64,000 bases of DNA from Bdellovibrionales bacterium (lineage in GTDB: Bacteria > Bdellovibrionota > Bdellovibrionia > Bdellovibrionales > JAGQZY01): NCBI GenBank assembly GCA_964230645.1, contig CAXRHT010000002.1:1504001-1568000 (forward strand), written 5' to 3'. How positions within the stretch are numbered: position 1 is the first letter of the stretch; every line of letters starts with the position of its first letter. The translations under genes and the position numbers were made by a program. The notes beneath the pieces were generated by a model. The model had not been told where the DNA came from and searched no databases. It saw nothing but the letters and a program-made list of their open reading frames with translations. Below are positions 19,310 to 28,628 of this stretch, piece by piece.

Positions 19310-20527
19310 ATGAACCGAATAGCTCTAGTTGTCCTAGCCAATGCTCTTTTACTCCTCTTAACAGCTTGTCCATCGAAAAATTCCCACCAATCCTCCGGTG
19401 AAATTATCCCGGTAAAAGGAGACCCCCTGGTTTTCATCAAGGGCACTCAAGGCGATACCGAGTCTGGTCTCCCCCTCTCCTTACTATCTGAGAATACAGA
19501 GTGGACAATTTACTCCCGAGGTTTTCGGGCCACAAAACAGGAGCAGCCCCAGGCCACACAAGAAGACCTTGAAGAAGACAATTCGGCACCTGACGATAGT
19601 TTCGTGGCCTCTCTAGAAGAGTCCGTTGAAGCTTTCCATCTGCAAGGACCGCACGAATCCAATGGCCAAGTTCCCTATTATTATTTTGAACCCGTCGAAT
19701 CTAGAGAGGGACAACTGACATTCCAATTTGTTCCAAAGGATAGTCGCCTGCATTTAACCGCTCTTTATGTTGGAAAAAATAAGGACTTTAAAGTGGAACA
19801 GGTGAAGGTTCACCACTATTCAGTCAAAGACGATCAGTCCGCCTTTAGTGTTCTTGTGAGCTTAAACTCCATAGGACTTGATTCGTTGATCTCTTTTGAA
19901 TTTACAAGAAAACAAGACACTGGCTTTCTTTCTCAAAAGCTTGATGCCGCTTACAACTATATGTTTGGTCCTGGAATTAAAATGACTTGGGACCAATCTA
20001 AAGAACATAAAATCACCATTTGTAACCAAAACTCCATTGGAGAATATGCCGAGGTGGCCAAAGAGTCCGTGCTTCGTTGGAAAGAAGGCCCCTTAGAAAA
20101 TCGACTGCGCTATACGGTCAGCGATGCGCCAGAAACCTGTCCTCCCTTTAGCGATCTTAATACGCACAGTATTCTCCACGTTAAAGGTTGGATCGCCGTT
20201 TATAAAGAGGGGGCGCAACTCGCTTTTGCCACCATGACTCCAAACTTTTATTCTCAAAACTTTGTGGACGGGGATGTTATGTTTCTTGAATCAGAGTGGG
20301 AAGAGGGCCTCGAAGGCAAAAGCTTAGTCGATGAGGAAATTCTATCAAACGCAAATGTTCAGAAAGCCTATCGCATCACGATCACTCATGAAACAGGCCA
20401 CCTTTTAGGCCTCCACCATCAATTCGACCCCGCCATTCCATCTATGATGGGATACAAAGACGTGGATCGTTTAACTACCTATGATTGGAACGCCATCCAA
20501 GCGCTCTACCCACCTATCGAAGAATAA
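19310..20527 (+). CDS. Lipoprotein metzincin (matrixin-like) metalloprotease
   Basis: Lipobox LTAC; HETGHLLGLHH plus Met-turn SMMGY. Confidence 0.85.
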   Translation: MNRIALVVLANALLLLLTACPSKNSHQSSGEIIPVKGDPLVFIKGTQGDTESGLPLSLLSENTEWTIYSRGFRATKQEQPQATQEDLEEDNSAPDDSFVASLEESVEAFHLQGPHESNGQVPYYYFEPVESREGQLTFQFVPKDSRLHLTALYVGKNKDFKVEQVKVHHYSVKDDQSAFSVLVSLNSIGLDSLISFEFTRKQDTGFLSQKLDAAYNYMFGPGIKMTWDQSKEHKITICNQNSIGEYAEVAKESVLRWKEGPLENRLRYTVSDAPETCPPFSDLNTHSILHVKGWIAVYKEGAQLAFATMTPNFYSQNFVDGDVMFLESEWEEGLEGKSLVDEEILSNANVQKAYRITITHETGHLLGLHHQFDPAIPSMMGYKDVDRLTTYDWNAIQALYPPIEE

Positions 20528-20538
20528 AGACCAACTAA

Positions 20539-20567
20539 TGTCGTCCTGAGGCGAAGCCGAAGGACCT
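20539..20567 (+). repeat. Single REP-like element of the TGTCATCCTGAGCGAAGCGAAGGATCT type
   Basis: TGTCGTCCTGAGGCGAAGCCGAAGGACCT just after a stop codon. Confidence 0.5.
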
Positions 20568-20825
20568 TTTGGAGCTATGTCGAAGCTCCTCCTTCCCCGT
20601 GGATATTCTTTACATCCATGAAGACATTTCAAAAAAAAGACTCAAACTCAAAATAACGGCCTCCTGAGCCGGCATAGAACTTGTAATACTATGACAATAT
20701 ACGGAGCTTCGGAATTTGGGACTGAGGCTCTATTTAAGGTCGATTAAGGGATAAGTGGGAATATCGGACTTTGAAGGGTCGAAGAAGGTTTTGAATGGGA
20801 TCAAAATCAAGCGGATAGGGATGGG

Positions 20826-21239
20826 ATGAATCGTAAGCTAATTTTGGGATTTTTACTTCTAGTGAGTCTTCCGGGCCAGACTAGTTTTCTCGGAGGACTC
20901 ACAGAGCTTGCGAATTATCAAAGTGCTCTGCCCTGCCAATCTCTAAATACCTGTTGGGCAAACAAAGGAATTATGGGATACGCCATTGATCGCGCCTCCG
21001 ACGCCGGCCTTGATGCCGAATCAATTTCTGTTGAAAACAAAGACACTGAGATTTTTGTTATAAGCAAACGATATGGACGATGCCTTATCGACACTAACGA
21101 AGCCCAAGGAAAAGGCGAGTTCACTTTCCATTGTCTTCTCGAAAACAAAAGTAAAAAGACTTTTTCCTTAAAAAATGAAAATGGCAAGCTTGCGCTTATA
21201 GAAAAATTATCAAATAAAAAGAAAGGGATCTTAAAATGA
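20826..21239 (+). CDS. Secreted hypothetical protein
   Basis: Signal-like N-terminus, 4 Cys; stop overlaps next start. Confidence 0.65.
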   Translation: MNRKLILGFLLLVSLPGQTSFLGGLTELANYQSALPCQSLNTCWANKGIMGYAIDRASDAGLDAESISVENKDTEIFVISKRYGRCLIDTNEAQGKGEFTFHCLLENKSKKTFSLKNENGKLALIEKLSNKKKGILK

Positions 21240-21943
21240 CAAAGGCCGATCGAACATTACAATTTTCTCCACAAATTCTTGTGGGCTTTGCTATGTTGTT
21301 TTTTGCCTATCCTTTTCTAACAAATACTCTTTATCAAAATATTAGTTTTGCAGCGGGTGTAATCCTTTTGTTTTCTGCTTGGCTTGCCGCCAACTTGTTA
21401 AAAAAAGACGAACTGATTGAGTCTGGTCAATGGATTGAGCAAAAAAAGGTCATGACAGCCATGTCTGCTTGTCTATCTCTCGGGCTTTTTATGTTGGTGT
21501 ACTACGAAGCTCAAATGCCTAAGTACAACATTGCGATGACCAAAAAGGAACTCTACCGAGTGCCCCCACAGCTCAATAAAAAACAACTGGTAGAGCTCGG
21601 ATCGGAGTGCAATACCTACGGCAACACTCTCTGTAGCCACGATGTCTTCGCAAAAATAGTTAAAATGGATCCGAGAGACTACAACGCCCTTGGAAACCTC
21701 GCCATGGCACAAACCCACCTAGGTTTTCACCAGTATGCGGTTGAGAACTTCACTAAGGTTGTTGAAAATGGCGCTGGCACCTATGATATTTATCGCTTCT
21801 TTGGAGACTCTTTATTACAAGTAGGCCGCCATCAACAGGCCTTAAAAGTCTACAAACGCTCTCTTCGCCTTAATCCGAACCAAGATTTTCTTCGCAAGAA
21901 AATTCGCAAAATTTCAAAATCTATACCGAGAAGTGAAAAATGA
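21236..21943 (+). CDS. Membrane protein with C-terminal TPR repeats
   Basis: Three hydrophobic segments, then TPR-like helices (ALGNLAMA, YKRSLRLNP). Confidence 0.75.
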   Translation: MTKADRTLQFSPQILVGFAMLFFAYPFLTNTLYQNISFAAGVILLFSAWLAANLLKKDELIESGQWIEQKKVMTAMSACLSLGLFMLVYYEAQMPKYNIAMTKKELYRVPPQLNKKQLVELGSECNTYGNTLCSHDVFAKIVKMDPRDYNALGNLAMAQTHLGFHQYAVENFTKVVENGAGTYDIYRFFGDSLLQVGRHQQALKVYKRSLRLNPNQDFLRKKIRKISKSIPRSEK

Positions 21944-22107
21944 TCGGTTTTTCTGTATTTCTTATTAGACTCGCTGTGGTAGTTGGCCTGATTTTTATAG
22001 CTGGTTCATCAAGAGCCGCCACTTCAAGCTATGATCTAAATACCAGCTTCTCAGGCTCTGAGGGTATTCGATCATTTTGCTCTACCAATCAAAATTCTAG
22101 GTCTTAA
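21940..22107 (+). CDS. Small 55 aa protein with signal-like N-terminus (not in ORF track)
   Basis: ATGA overlap with the previous stop; MIGFSVFLIRLAVVVGLIFIAGSSRA-ATSSYDLNTSFSGSEGIRSFCSTNQNSRS. Confidence 0.45.
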   Translation: MIGFSVFLIRLAVVVGLIFIAGSSRAATSSYDLNTSFSGSEGIRSFCSTNQNSRS

Positions 22108-22224
22108 AAATAAGCCCCCTCCCCTGACTATTTCGCTAACTATGGGAGTTTAGAAATATAAGGAACTTACTCTATGACCCGAGGCTTAACGAGTTCAATG
22201 ATGGAAATCGCATAGGCCCCTCTG

Positions 22225-23673
22225 ATGTCCTATGATAGGATTTCCACGATGAAATCTTCTTCTAACAGTACAACCACAAAACCTAAAAAACTCTATCTAC
22301 AGGCTAAAGATTTAATTTATGGGGGGCCGCTTCGCTGGTTATTTGAAAAGATATGGCGATTATCCGGTATTGAGAATTATCGTTATTCAATCTTGAAAAA
22401 GCTGACGCAATTGAGAGCTCAACTATACGCCAGTCCTACTTTTTGTCCCCTGCCCTGGGTTCATTTCAGCGTTTCTAGCGACCAAACCATGCGCTTATGT
22501 TGTAACAATGAAGGTTCATCCCAAGTGCGACATTCCGACGGTCGCCCCGTTTTATTACAAGAAATCAACAGCCTAGAAGAGTATGTAAATTTGCCTTTCA
22601 TGCGAAAAACTCGCTTGCAAATGCTCAGAGGTGAAGAGCCCCAAGCCTGCAGTAAATGCTTTAACCACGAGCGAGCCGGTAGTCTTTCGATGAGGCAGAC
22701 ATATCAAGCGTATTATAGCCAAAGCCTTGGTAAAATGATCCGACAAACTCAAAAAGACGGTAGCCTCTCACCCAATGTCCGCTATTTGGATTTAGCCATG
22801 GGAAATAACTGCAACATTCGCTGCCGTATGTGCTCCCCATCTTATTCCAAACAGCTACGGGGGGAATTCGACCAGCACCAATTTTCTTATGGTAAAGAAA
22901 TGGCCGACCGAGCCGAGAAAGCTTGGTCAAAGGATCGCTATAGAACAGAACTCTTCGAGGAAATACTAGAGAATACAGACCAGATGCTCTTGACCGGTGG
23001 CGAACCCTTTTTGATCGAGGGCCAGTACCGACTTATGGAGCAAGCGGTGGCAATGGGACGAGCCCCGTCCATCAAAGTAACCTATCACACTAATCTCACA
23101 GTTCTTCCTCAGCGATTGCTTAAGCTCTGGCCTCATTTTAAAGAGATCCGCGTGCATGGCAGTATCGAAGGCATCGGCCCCCTCAACGATTACATTCGCT
23201 ACCCCTCTCAGTGGCACAAAGTTGATAAGAATCTGCGTGAGCTTTTGAAATTAAAAAAGGAACTTCCCCTTTGGGTAGAGGTACATAGTGTTTTTCAAGC
23301 CTACAACCTCACTCGTGTCACAGAATTGCTAGATTATCTTCTGCAATTTCATCAACAAATGCCAAGCTTTCCTTTTTTCAATTATCTCCACCATCCCACA
23401 CCTCTCAAAGTGAACGTCATTGATCGCGACCTTCGCGAAAAGACAATGTTTGAAATCAAAGAGTTTATTAAAAGGAAGGAACACATCTATTTTTCATCCC
23501 GCTGCCCCTTTGTATACTACAACCAGCTCAACCACGAAGCTTTCCAAGGACACTACGACTTAATGATGGCGGAAGATCCTAATGCCACGTGGTCAAAATT
23601 CCTAGAAATGAGTCACGCTTTAGATCAATCTCGGCAACAAAAAATAGAAAGTGTCCTGCCTGAACTATTTTGA
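22225..23673 (+). CDS. Twitch/SPASM-domain radical SAM protein
   Basis: CNIRCRMC (CxxxCxxC), TGGEPF; N-terminal FCPLPW...CC...CSKC. Confidence 0.9.
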   Translation: MSYDRISTMKSSSNSTTTKPKKLYLQAKDLIYGGPLRWLFEKIWRLSGIENYRYSILKKLTQLRAQLYASPTFCPLPWVHFSVSSDQTMRLCCNNEGSSQVRHSDGRPVLLQEINSLEEYVNLPFMRKTRLQMLRGEEPQACSKCFNHERAGSLSMRQTYQAYYSQSLGKMIRQTQKDGSLSPNVRYLDLAMGNNCNIRCRMCSPSYSKQLRGEFDQHQFSYGKEMADRAEKAWSKDRYRTELFEEILENTDQMLLTGGEPFLIEGQYRLMEQAVAMGRAPSIKVTYHTNLTVLPQRLLKLWPHFKEIRVHGSIEGIGPLNDYIRYPSQWHKVDKNLRELLKLKKELPLWVEVHSVFQAYNLTRVTELLDYLLQFHQQMPSFPFFNYLHHPTPLKVNVIDRDLREKTMFEIKEFIKRKEHIYFSSRCPFVYYNQLNHEAFQGHYDLMMAEDPNATWSKFLEMSHALDQSRQQKIESVLPELF

Positions 23674-23869
23674 AGGTACCAGGTTCTTTTTTCGGATGCA
23701 GCCTGTTGAGAATTATCACTATGACTCAAAATTGAGATCTCTCTTTTGAAATGATTTTTAATTGAAAATTGAGTCATATCGAATCGAGACGTTTTTTATT
23801 TTGATCGTTTGTATTCATAAATAAATGTTAAAATAATGAAGTTAGCAAAGAAGTCTCGTTTCGGGGGTC

Positions 23870-24955
23870 GTGGTGAGATTTATAATCATATGTTCTCTTT
23901 TTTTACTCACAGCCTGTTTGGATCAAGGGTCTTTATCAGGTGTTTCTCAAGAAGATGGACCCAACCTCCCTCCTGACGAGCGTTGCAATGAGACATTAAC
24001 TTGCAACGAAGATGACCCTTCTCCAGATATTGATGATGACCAAGACGAGCCCTCACCCGTCATTTCTCTGGAGCCAAGAAACTCTGCTAATCTCTTCACC
24101 TCAGGTCATAGCCTCTTGGATCCTGTGGCTAGCGTGATTGGCTCGGTTGGCTTAGCCGAATTTCGTCTGGGAGCTTATTATCACCATACCATTCCTGGAT
24201 CTCCGATTGAGTCGAGATTGCAGAGTTTAGGGGATGAGATTTTCGGAATGAACAACTACGACACTCTGATCGTAACAGAAAGACATGATCTTATACCCGT
24301 TTTACGTTGGCATTTAGGACATCAAGATTTTAAAGATTATGTCGATCGCTTTTTGAATCGCAATCCCAACGCCCAAGAATTCTTCTATTATCACTCCTGG
24401 TTGGAAATTGATTACAACAACCCACTACCTTGGATTGAGCACGAAACAGCCGCCGGCCCAGTGTGGGAGTGTACCGCACTAAAAGTCAGCCAGATGTACA
24501 CCGATGAAATGAGTGACGTCGAGATTCAGAATATACCAGCTAGCACCGCACTTGTTGAGTTAGTTTCAAGATCCACTGGTGGAAATAATCTTCCTGGAGT
24601 CACTCAAGCCAATGACTATCAGACCATCGATTACCTTTTCTCCGACAATGTGCACGTGGAAGATGTCACTTCTTATTTTCTCACCCTTGTTACATATGCT
24701 TTCGTTATGAGACGTTCGTTGGATGATATAGATGTTCCTATTGGTATTTCTACCCTCACCGCTCAATCTCTAAAGACTGTTGCCTGGGATGTTGTTACTA
24801 ATTACGCCCCTGAATTTACATCGCTCGCTCAGTGCCGGGATTATATGGAAGACTACTGCTCGGTTGCCGCCACCTTTCTAAGACTACCAGGTAATAATCC
24901 CCTAACCGATGTTAATACTTGTCTCTGGGTTCGAGATAATATTTTTAACGATTAA
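23870..24955 (+). CDS. Lipoprotein, possible SGNH-like hydrolase
   Basis: Lipobox LTAC; GHSL and DNVH motifs. Confidence 0.6.
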   Translation: MVRFIIICSLFLLTACLDQGSLSGVSQEDGPNLPPDERCNETLTCNEDDPSPDIDDDQDEPSPVISLEPRNSANLFTSGHSLLDPVASVIGSVGLAEFRLGAYYHHTIPGSPIESRLQSLGDEIFGMNNYDTLIVTERHDLIPVLRWHLGHQDFKDYVDRFLNRNPNAQEFFYYHSWLEIDYNNPLPWIEHETAAGPVWECTALKVSQMYTDEMSDVEIQNIPASTALVELVSRSTGGNNLPGVTQANDYQTIDYLFSDNVHVEDVTSYFLTLVTYAFVMRRSLDDIDVPIGISTLTAQSLKTVAWDVVTNYAPEFTSLAQCRDYMEDYCSVAATFLRLPGNNPLTDVNTCLWVRDNIFND

Positions 24956-24974
24956 AACTTTCTTATTCAGATAT

Positions 24975-25009
24975 AAAAAAAGCCAAACCCTTTTGAGAGT
25001 TTGGCTTTT
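24975..25009. terminator. Bidirectional terminator between ORF 23870 and recA
   Basis: A-run, GCCAAAC...GTTTGGC stem, T-run. Confidence 0.8.
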
Positions 25010-25032
25010 GTAACTTCAGAATAACCAAAGAA

Positions 25033-26184
25033 TTAATGAGCGCGAGGAGAAGCTTTTTTAGACTTCTTGCTCGACTTTGTCGATTTAGAGTCAGATTTAG
25101 TCTCTGACTTTGCTTCCGACTTCGCTTCTTTTTTACCTTCAAGCTCTTCAGTAGCTTTAGCGGTTTTTTTAGCTCCACCAAAATCAATGCCCTTGGCTTC
25201 GCAAACTTTTTGGCGAATCTCTTCCATCATTTCTGGATTTTCTTTTAAGAAATTTTTGGAATTATCTCGTCCTTGTCCGAGTCTCTCACCATTGTAGCTG
25301 AACCAAGCGCCTGATTTATCAACGATGTCGTGCTTCACTCCAAGATCGAGAATGTCTCCTTCTCTTGAAATTCCTTGGCCGTACATAATGTCGAATTCCA
25401 CCTTCGCGAAAGGAGGCGCCATTTTATTTTTGACCACTTTAACGGCGGTACGGTTACCAATCACTTCATCACCTGTTTTGATGGCTCCAATTCTACGTAC
25501 GTCTAAACGAACAGAAGAATAGAACTTCAAGGCGTTTCCACCCGTTGTTGTCTCAGGGTTTCCGAACATGACACCGATTTTCATACGAATTTGGTTGATG
25601 AAAACCACCGTTGTTTTTGAACGGTTGATCGCTCCTGTTAACTTACGAAGAGCTTGTGACATCAAGCGCGCTTGTAGGCCCATATGAGAATCACCCATGT
25701 CTCCTTCGATCTCAGCACGAGGAGTAAGAGCCGCCACAGAGTCGACCACAAGAATATCAAGGGCGCCGGAGCGAACAAGAGTTTCCGTGATCTCAAGAGC
25801 TTGTTCTCCAGTGTCAGGTTGGGAGATCAAAAGATCTTCTGTTCTTACACCTAGGTTACGAGCATAATTCACATCAAGGGCGTGCTCGGCATCAACAAAA
25901 GCGGCTGTTCCACCGGCTTTTTGAGCCTCAGCAATGGCCGTAAGCGCTAGAGTTGTCTTACCAGAACTTTCTGGTCCATAAATTTCAATGATTCGACCAC
26001 GAGGATATCCACCAATGCCTAAGCCGATATCAAGGCTCAGGGCTCCTGAAGAAATCACAGGAACATCACCGTACATGGATTGGGTTTCTCCCAAACGCAT
26101 GATCGAGCCTTTTCCGAATTGTTTTTCAATGGCTGAAACTGCCAAATCAATGGCTTTGTTTTTACCGTCTTTAGTTGTTTCCAT
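25033..26184 (-). CDS. recA: Recombinase RecA
   Basis: [37 protein letters not shown]. Confidence 0.99.
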   Translation of the reverse strand: METTKDGKNKAIDLAVSAIEKQFGKGSIMRLGETQSMYGDVPVISSGALSLDIGLGIGGYPRGRIIEIYGPESSGKTTLALTAIAEAQKAGGTAAFVDAEHALDVNYARNLGVRTEDLLISQPDTGEQALEITETLVRSGALDILVVDSVAALTPRAEIEGDMGDSHMGLQARLMSQALRKLTGAINRSKTTVVFINQIRMKIGVMFGNPETTTGGNALKFYSSVRLDVRRIGAIKTGDEVIGNRTAVKVVKNKMAPPFAKVEFDIMYGQGISREGDILDLGVKHDIVDKSGAWFSYNGERLGQGRDNSKNFLKENPEMMEEIRQKVCEAKGIDFGGAKKTAKATEELEGKKEAKSEAKSETKSDSKSTKSSKKSKKASPRAH

Positions 26185-26295
26185 TAAACCCCCAGGTTTA
26201 TTTTTTAAAAGTTATAAAGTTAATATGAGGAGAGTTTTAATAAAGTAAAGTTCCCTTCACTCTTCTCAATGATAATTTTGACTTCGGATTATTCA

Positions 26296-26781
26296 CTATG
26301 AGTTCTTTCCATTAGATAAAAATTGATTCATAGTTTTAATCACAAAATCGACCGACTGTTGTTGGACCTCCTCTCGGCTACCCGTAAAAGACTCTTGTGT
26401 CGTCTTTTCAAATCCCGGTCCAACAAAAGCAAAGCAAACGGTTCCCACTGGCTTGGTATCTGTCCCTCCAGACGGACCCGCTATTCCGGTTATGCTCACA
26501 GCCCAATGGGTTTCGGTCAAGGTTTTCGCTCCTAGAGCCATGTGCAGAGCCACGGTTCGACTCACAGCACCCACCGTACTCAAAATATGAGGGGGCACAC
26601 CCAGAATTTCGATCTTCATTCTATTGCTGTAAGTCACGAAGCTTCCCATAAAAACATCGGAAACACCCGCGAGCCTTGTGACTTGTGAAGAGAGAAGTCC
26701 CCCTGTGCAACTCTCGGCAAAACATATTGTTTCCTTGCGATTTCGAAGGCTTGTAATCATATCCGTGGTGTTTTGACTCAA
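26296..26781 (-). CDS. cinA: CinA C-terminal domain protein (NMN deamidase, PncC-like)
   Basis: AESCTGG, GAVS, SITGIAGPSGG..KPVGTV. Confidence 0.92.
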   Translation of the reverse strand: MSQNTTDMITSLRNRKETICFAESCTGGLLSSQVTRLAGVSDVFMGSFVTYSNRMKIEILGVPPHILSTVGAVSRTVALHMALGAKTLTETHWAVSITGIAGPSGGTDTKPVGTVCFAFVGPGFEKTTQESFTGSREEVQQQSVDFVIKTMNQFLSNGKNS

Positions 26782-27007
26782 AAGTTGTCCTTTGCACGAG
26801 GTGTGACCGACTGGTGGCCAAGGTATAAAATGTCCGCGATAAAAAATCTAGCTCGAATATCAATCAGACTTTTTCAATAAGCCTATTTTTTAATCACTTA
26901 AAAGGGAGATCGTGCCTCTTTGTAGCGCGACGTCCTACCAAAAGGAGCCAGGCACCTTTTAGAGATTTCCCTTTAAAACCCTTTCTCTCTTTGGTTACAA
27001 TATTAGG

Positions 27008-28189
27008 ATGGCTTCTCTTGATGAAATTCTTAAAGTGGCGAGCGAACGTAAAGCCAGTGATGTTCACCTCAAAGCCGGTGTGGTGCCTGTTGTAAGGCGA
27101 CATGGACGAATGTTGCCTCTTTCTAAAAAGTGGAAACCCATGACAACCGCGCAGTTGCAGGGTTTTGCTGAACAATTAATCAAAACCGAGGCCGAACGCA
27201 CGCGTTTTGATCATTTTAAAGAATTAGATCTCGGTTACGGCGTTCGAGGTGTGGGCCGCTTTCGCGTGAATCTTTTTATGCAGAGAGGATCGGTGCGAAT
27301 CGTAGCCCGCGTGATTTCCGATCAGGTGCCTGAATTTGAGGATCTCAATATTCCTGAGATCGTTCAGAAAGTCGCTAACAGAGAACGAGGCATGATTTTG
27401 GTGACAGGAGTCACAGGTTCCGGAAAATCCACCACCCTGGCTGCCATGATTAATCACATTAATAAGAACCGTAATAAACATATCATTACGATTGAAGACC
27501 CCATTGAGTATCTTATTAAGGATCACCGCAGTCTTATTTCCCAAAGAGAACTGGGGCTTGATACGACCACTTTTCAAACGGCCTTGAGAGCCGCTCTCAG
27601 GCAGGATCCTGATGTTATTCTGATCGGTGAGATGAGAGACCGAGAAACCATAGAAACCGCCATGATGGCCGCTGCCACGGGTCACTTGGTGCTCTCGACC
27701 CTTCATACCTTTGATGCCCAAGAAACAATCAACCGTATTTTGGCCGTTTTTGAGAGCCACCAACAAAATCAGGTGCGCCGACAATTGGCTTCCACCCTGC
27801 AAGCTGTGATTAGCCAAAGATTAGTGCCCAGAAAAGACAAAAAAGGGGTGGTGCCGGCTGTGGAAGTGATGGTTAACAATGCCCGCATTCGAGAGATGAT
27901 CGAAGAGCCTGAAAAAACGCGCCTCATTTCTAACGCCATTGAAACCAGTGCCAAAGCCACTGGAATGCAGACTTTTGATCAAAGCCTTTTGAAACTCATT
28001 AAATCGGATATGATCAGTCTTAAAGATGCTCTCAAGGTCTGTAATCATCCAGACGACTTCTATCTCAAATACAGTGGAATACAGACAGGACAAGGCTCCC
28101 ATACCCAGGTCACACCTCATCAGGCCCTGGATGAGGACTTGCCATCCTTTCCCGATTTTGATTTAGAAGATGATGATGACGACTTCTAA
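27008..28189 (+). CDS. pilT: Type IV pilus retraction ATPase, PilT/PilU family
   Basis: ASDVHL, GRFRVN, GVTGSGKSTT, TIEDPIE, ALRQDPDVILIGEMRD, GMQTFDQ. Confidence 0.9.
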   Translation: MASLDEILKVASERKASDVHLKAGVVPVVRRHGRMLPLSKKWKPMTTAQLQGFAEQLIKTEAERTRFDHFKELDLGYGVRGVGRFRVNLFMQRGSVRIVARVISDQVPEFEDLNIPEIVQKVANRERGMILVTGVTGSGKSTTLAAMINHINKNRNKHIITIEDPIEYLIKDHRSLISQRELGLDTTTFQTALRAALRQDPDVILIGEMRDRETIETAMMAAATGHLVLSTLHTFDAQETINRILAVFESHQQNQVRRQLASTLQAVISQRLVPRKDKKGVVPAVEVMVNNARIREMIEEPEKTRLISNAIETSAKATGMQTFDQSLLKLIKSDMISLKDALKVCNHPDDFYLKYSGIQTGQGSHTQVTPHQALDEDLPSFPDFDLEDDDDDF

Positions 28190-28628
28190 AAAAGACAAAA
28201 CCGAAAAAGCCGTTTGGATCAAAGCCATGGATTATCTGGCCAGAAGAGATCACTCGGTTACAGAACTCAAAGAGAAACTTGGGCGCTTCTTCGAGGAGAC
28301 CGAAATTGATGAGACTATTGAGGAGATGAAAAGCCGAGGCTGGATTCTTCCTCCTGAAGAGTTAAGCCAAAAGGTCGCCAAAAATTTGCATCAGAAAAGC
28401 AAAGGCATTTACTACATCAATCAGTATCTGCAGAAAAAAGGCCTCCCGCCAGTTGATAAGGACCCGACCCTGGAGTTTGATAAAGCCATGGAGGTCTGCC
28501 GCCTAAAACTTAAAGACCCTGGCGATATCCAAAAACTCTCTTCGTTGCTTAAAAACAGAGGATTTGATACAGAAACAATATCGCAGGTGGTCCATGAAAT
28601 ACGTAGAAATTCGCAAAGCCTTTATTGA
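28170..28628 (+). CDS. recX: Regulatory protein RecX
   Basis: AMDYLARRDHS..EL.EKL, L..RGF; upstream of alaS. Confidence 0.88.
   Translation: MMMTTSKKDKTEKAVWIKAMDYLARRDHSVTELKEKLGRFFEETEIDETIEEMKSRGWILPPEELSQKVAKNLHQKSKGIYYINQYLQKKGLPPVDKDPTLEFDKAMEVCRLKLKDPGDIQKLSSLLKNRGFDTETISQVVHEIRRNSQSLY

Noticed and set aside
26185..26295. LexA box upstream of recA
   Set aside because: AT-rich, with no convincing palindrome
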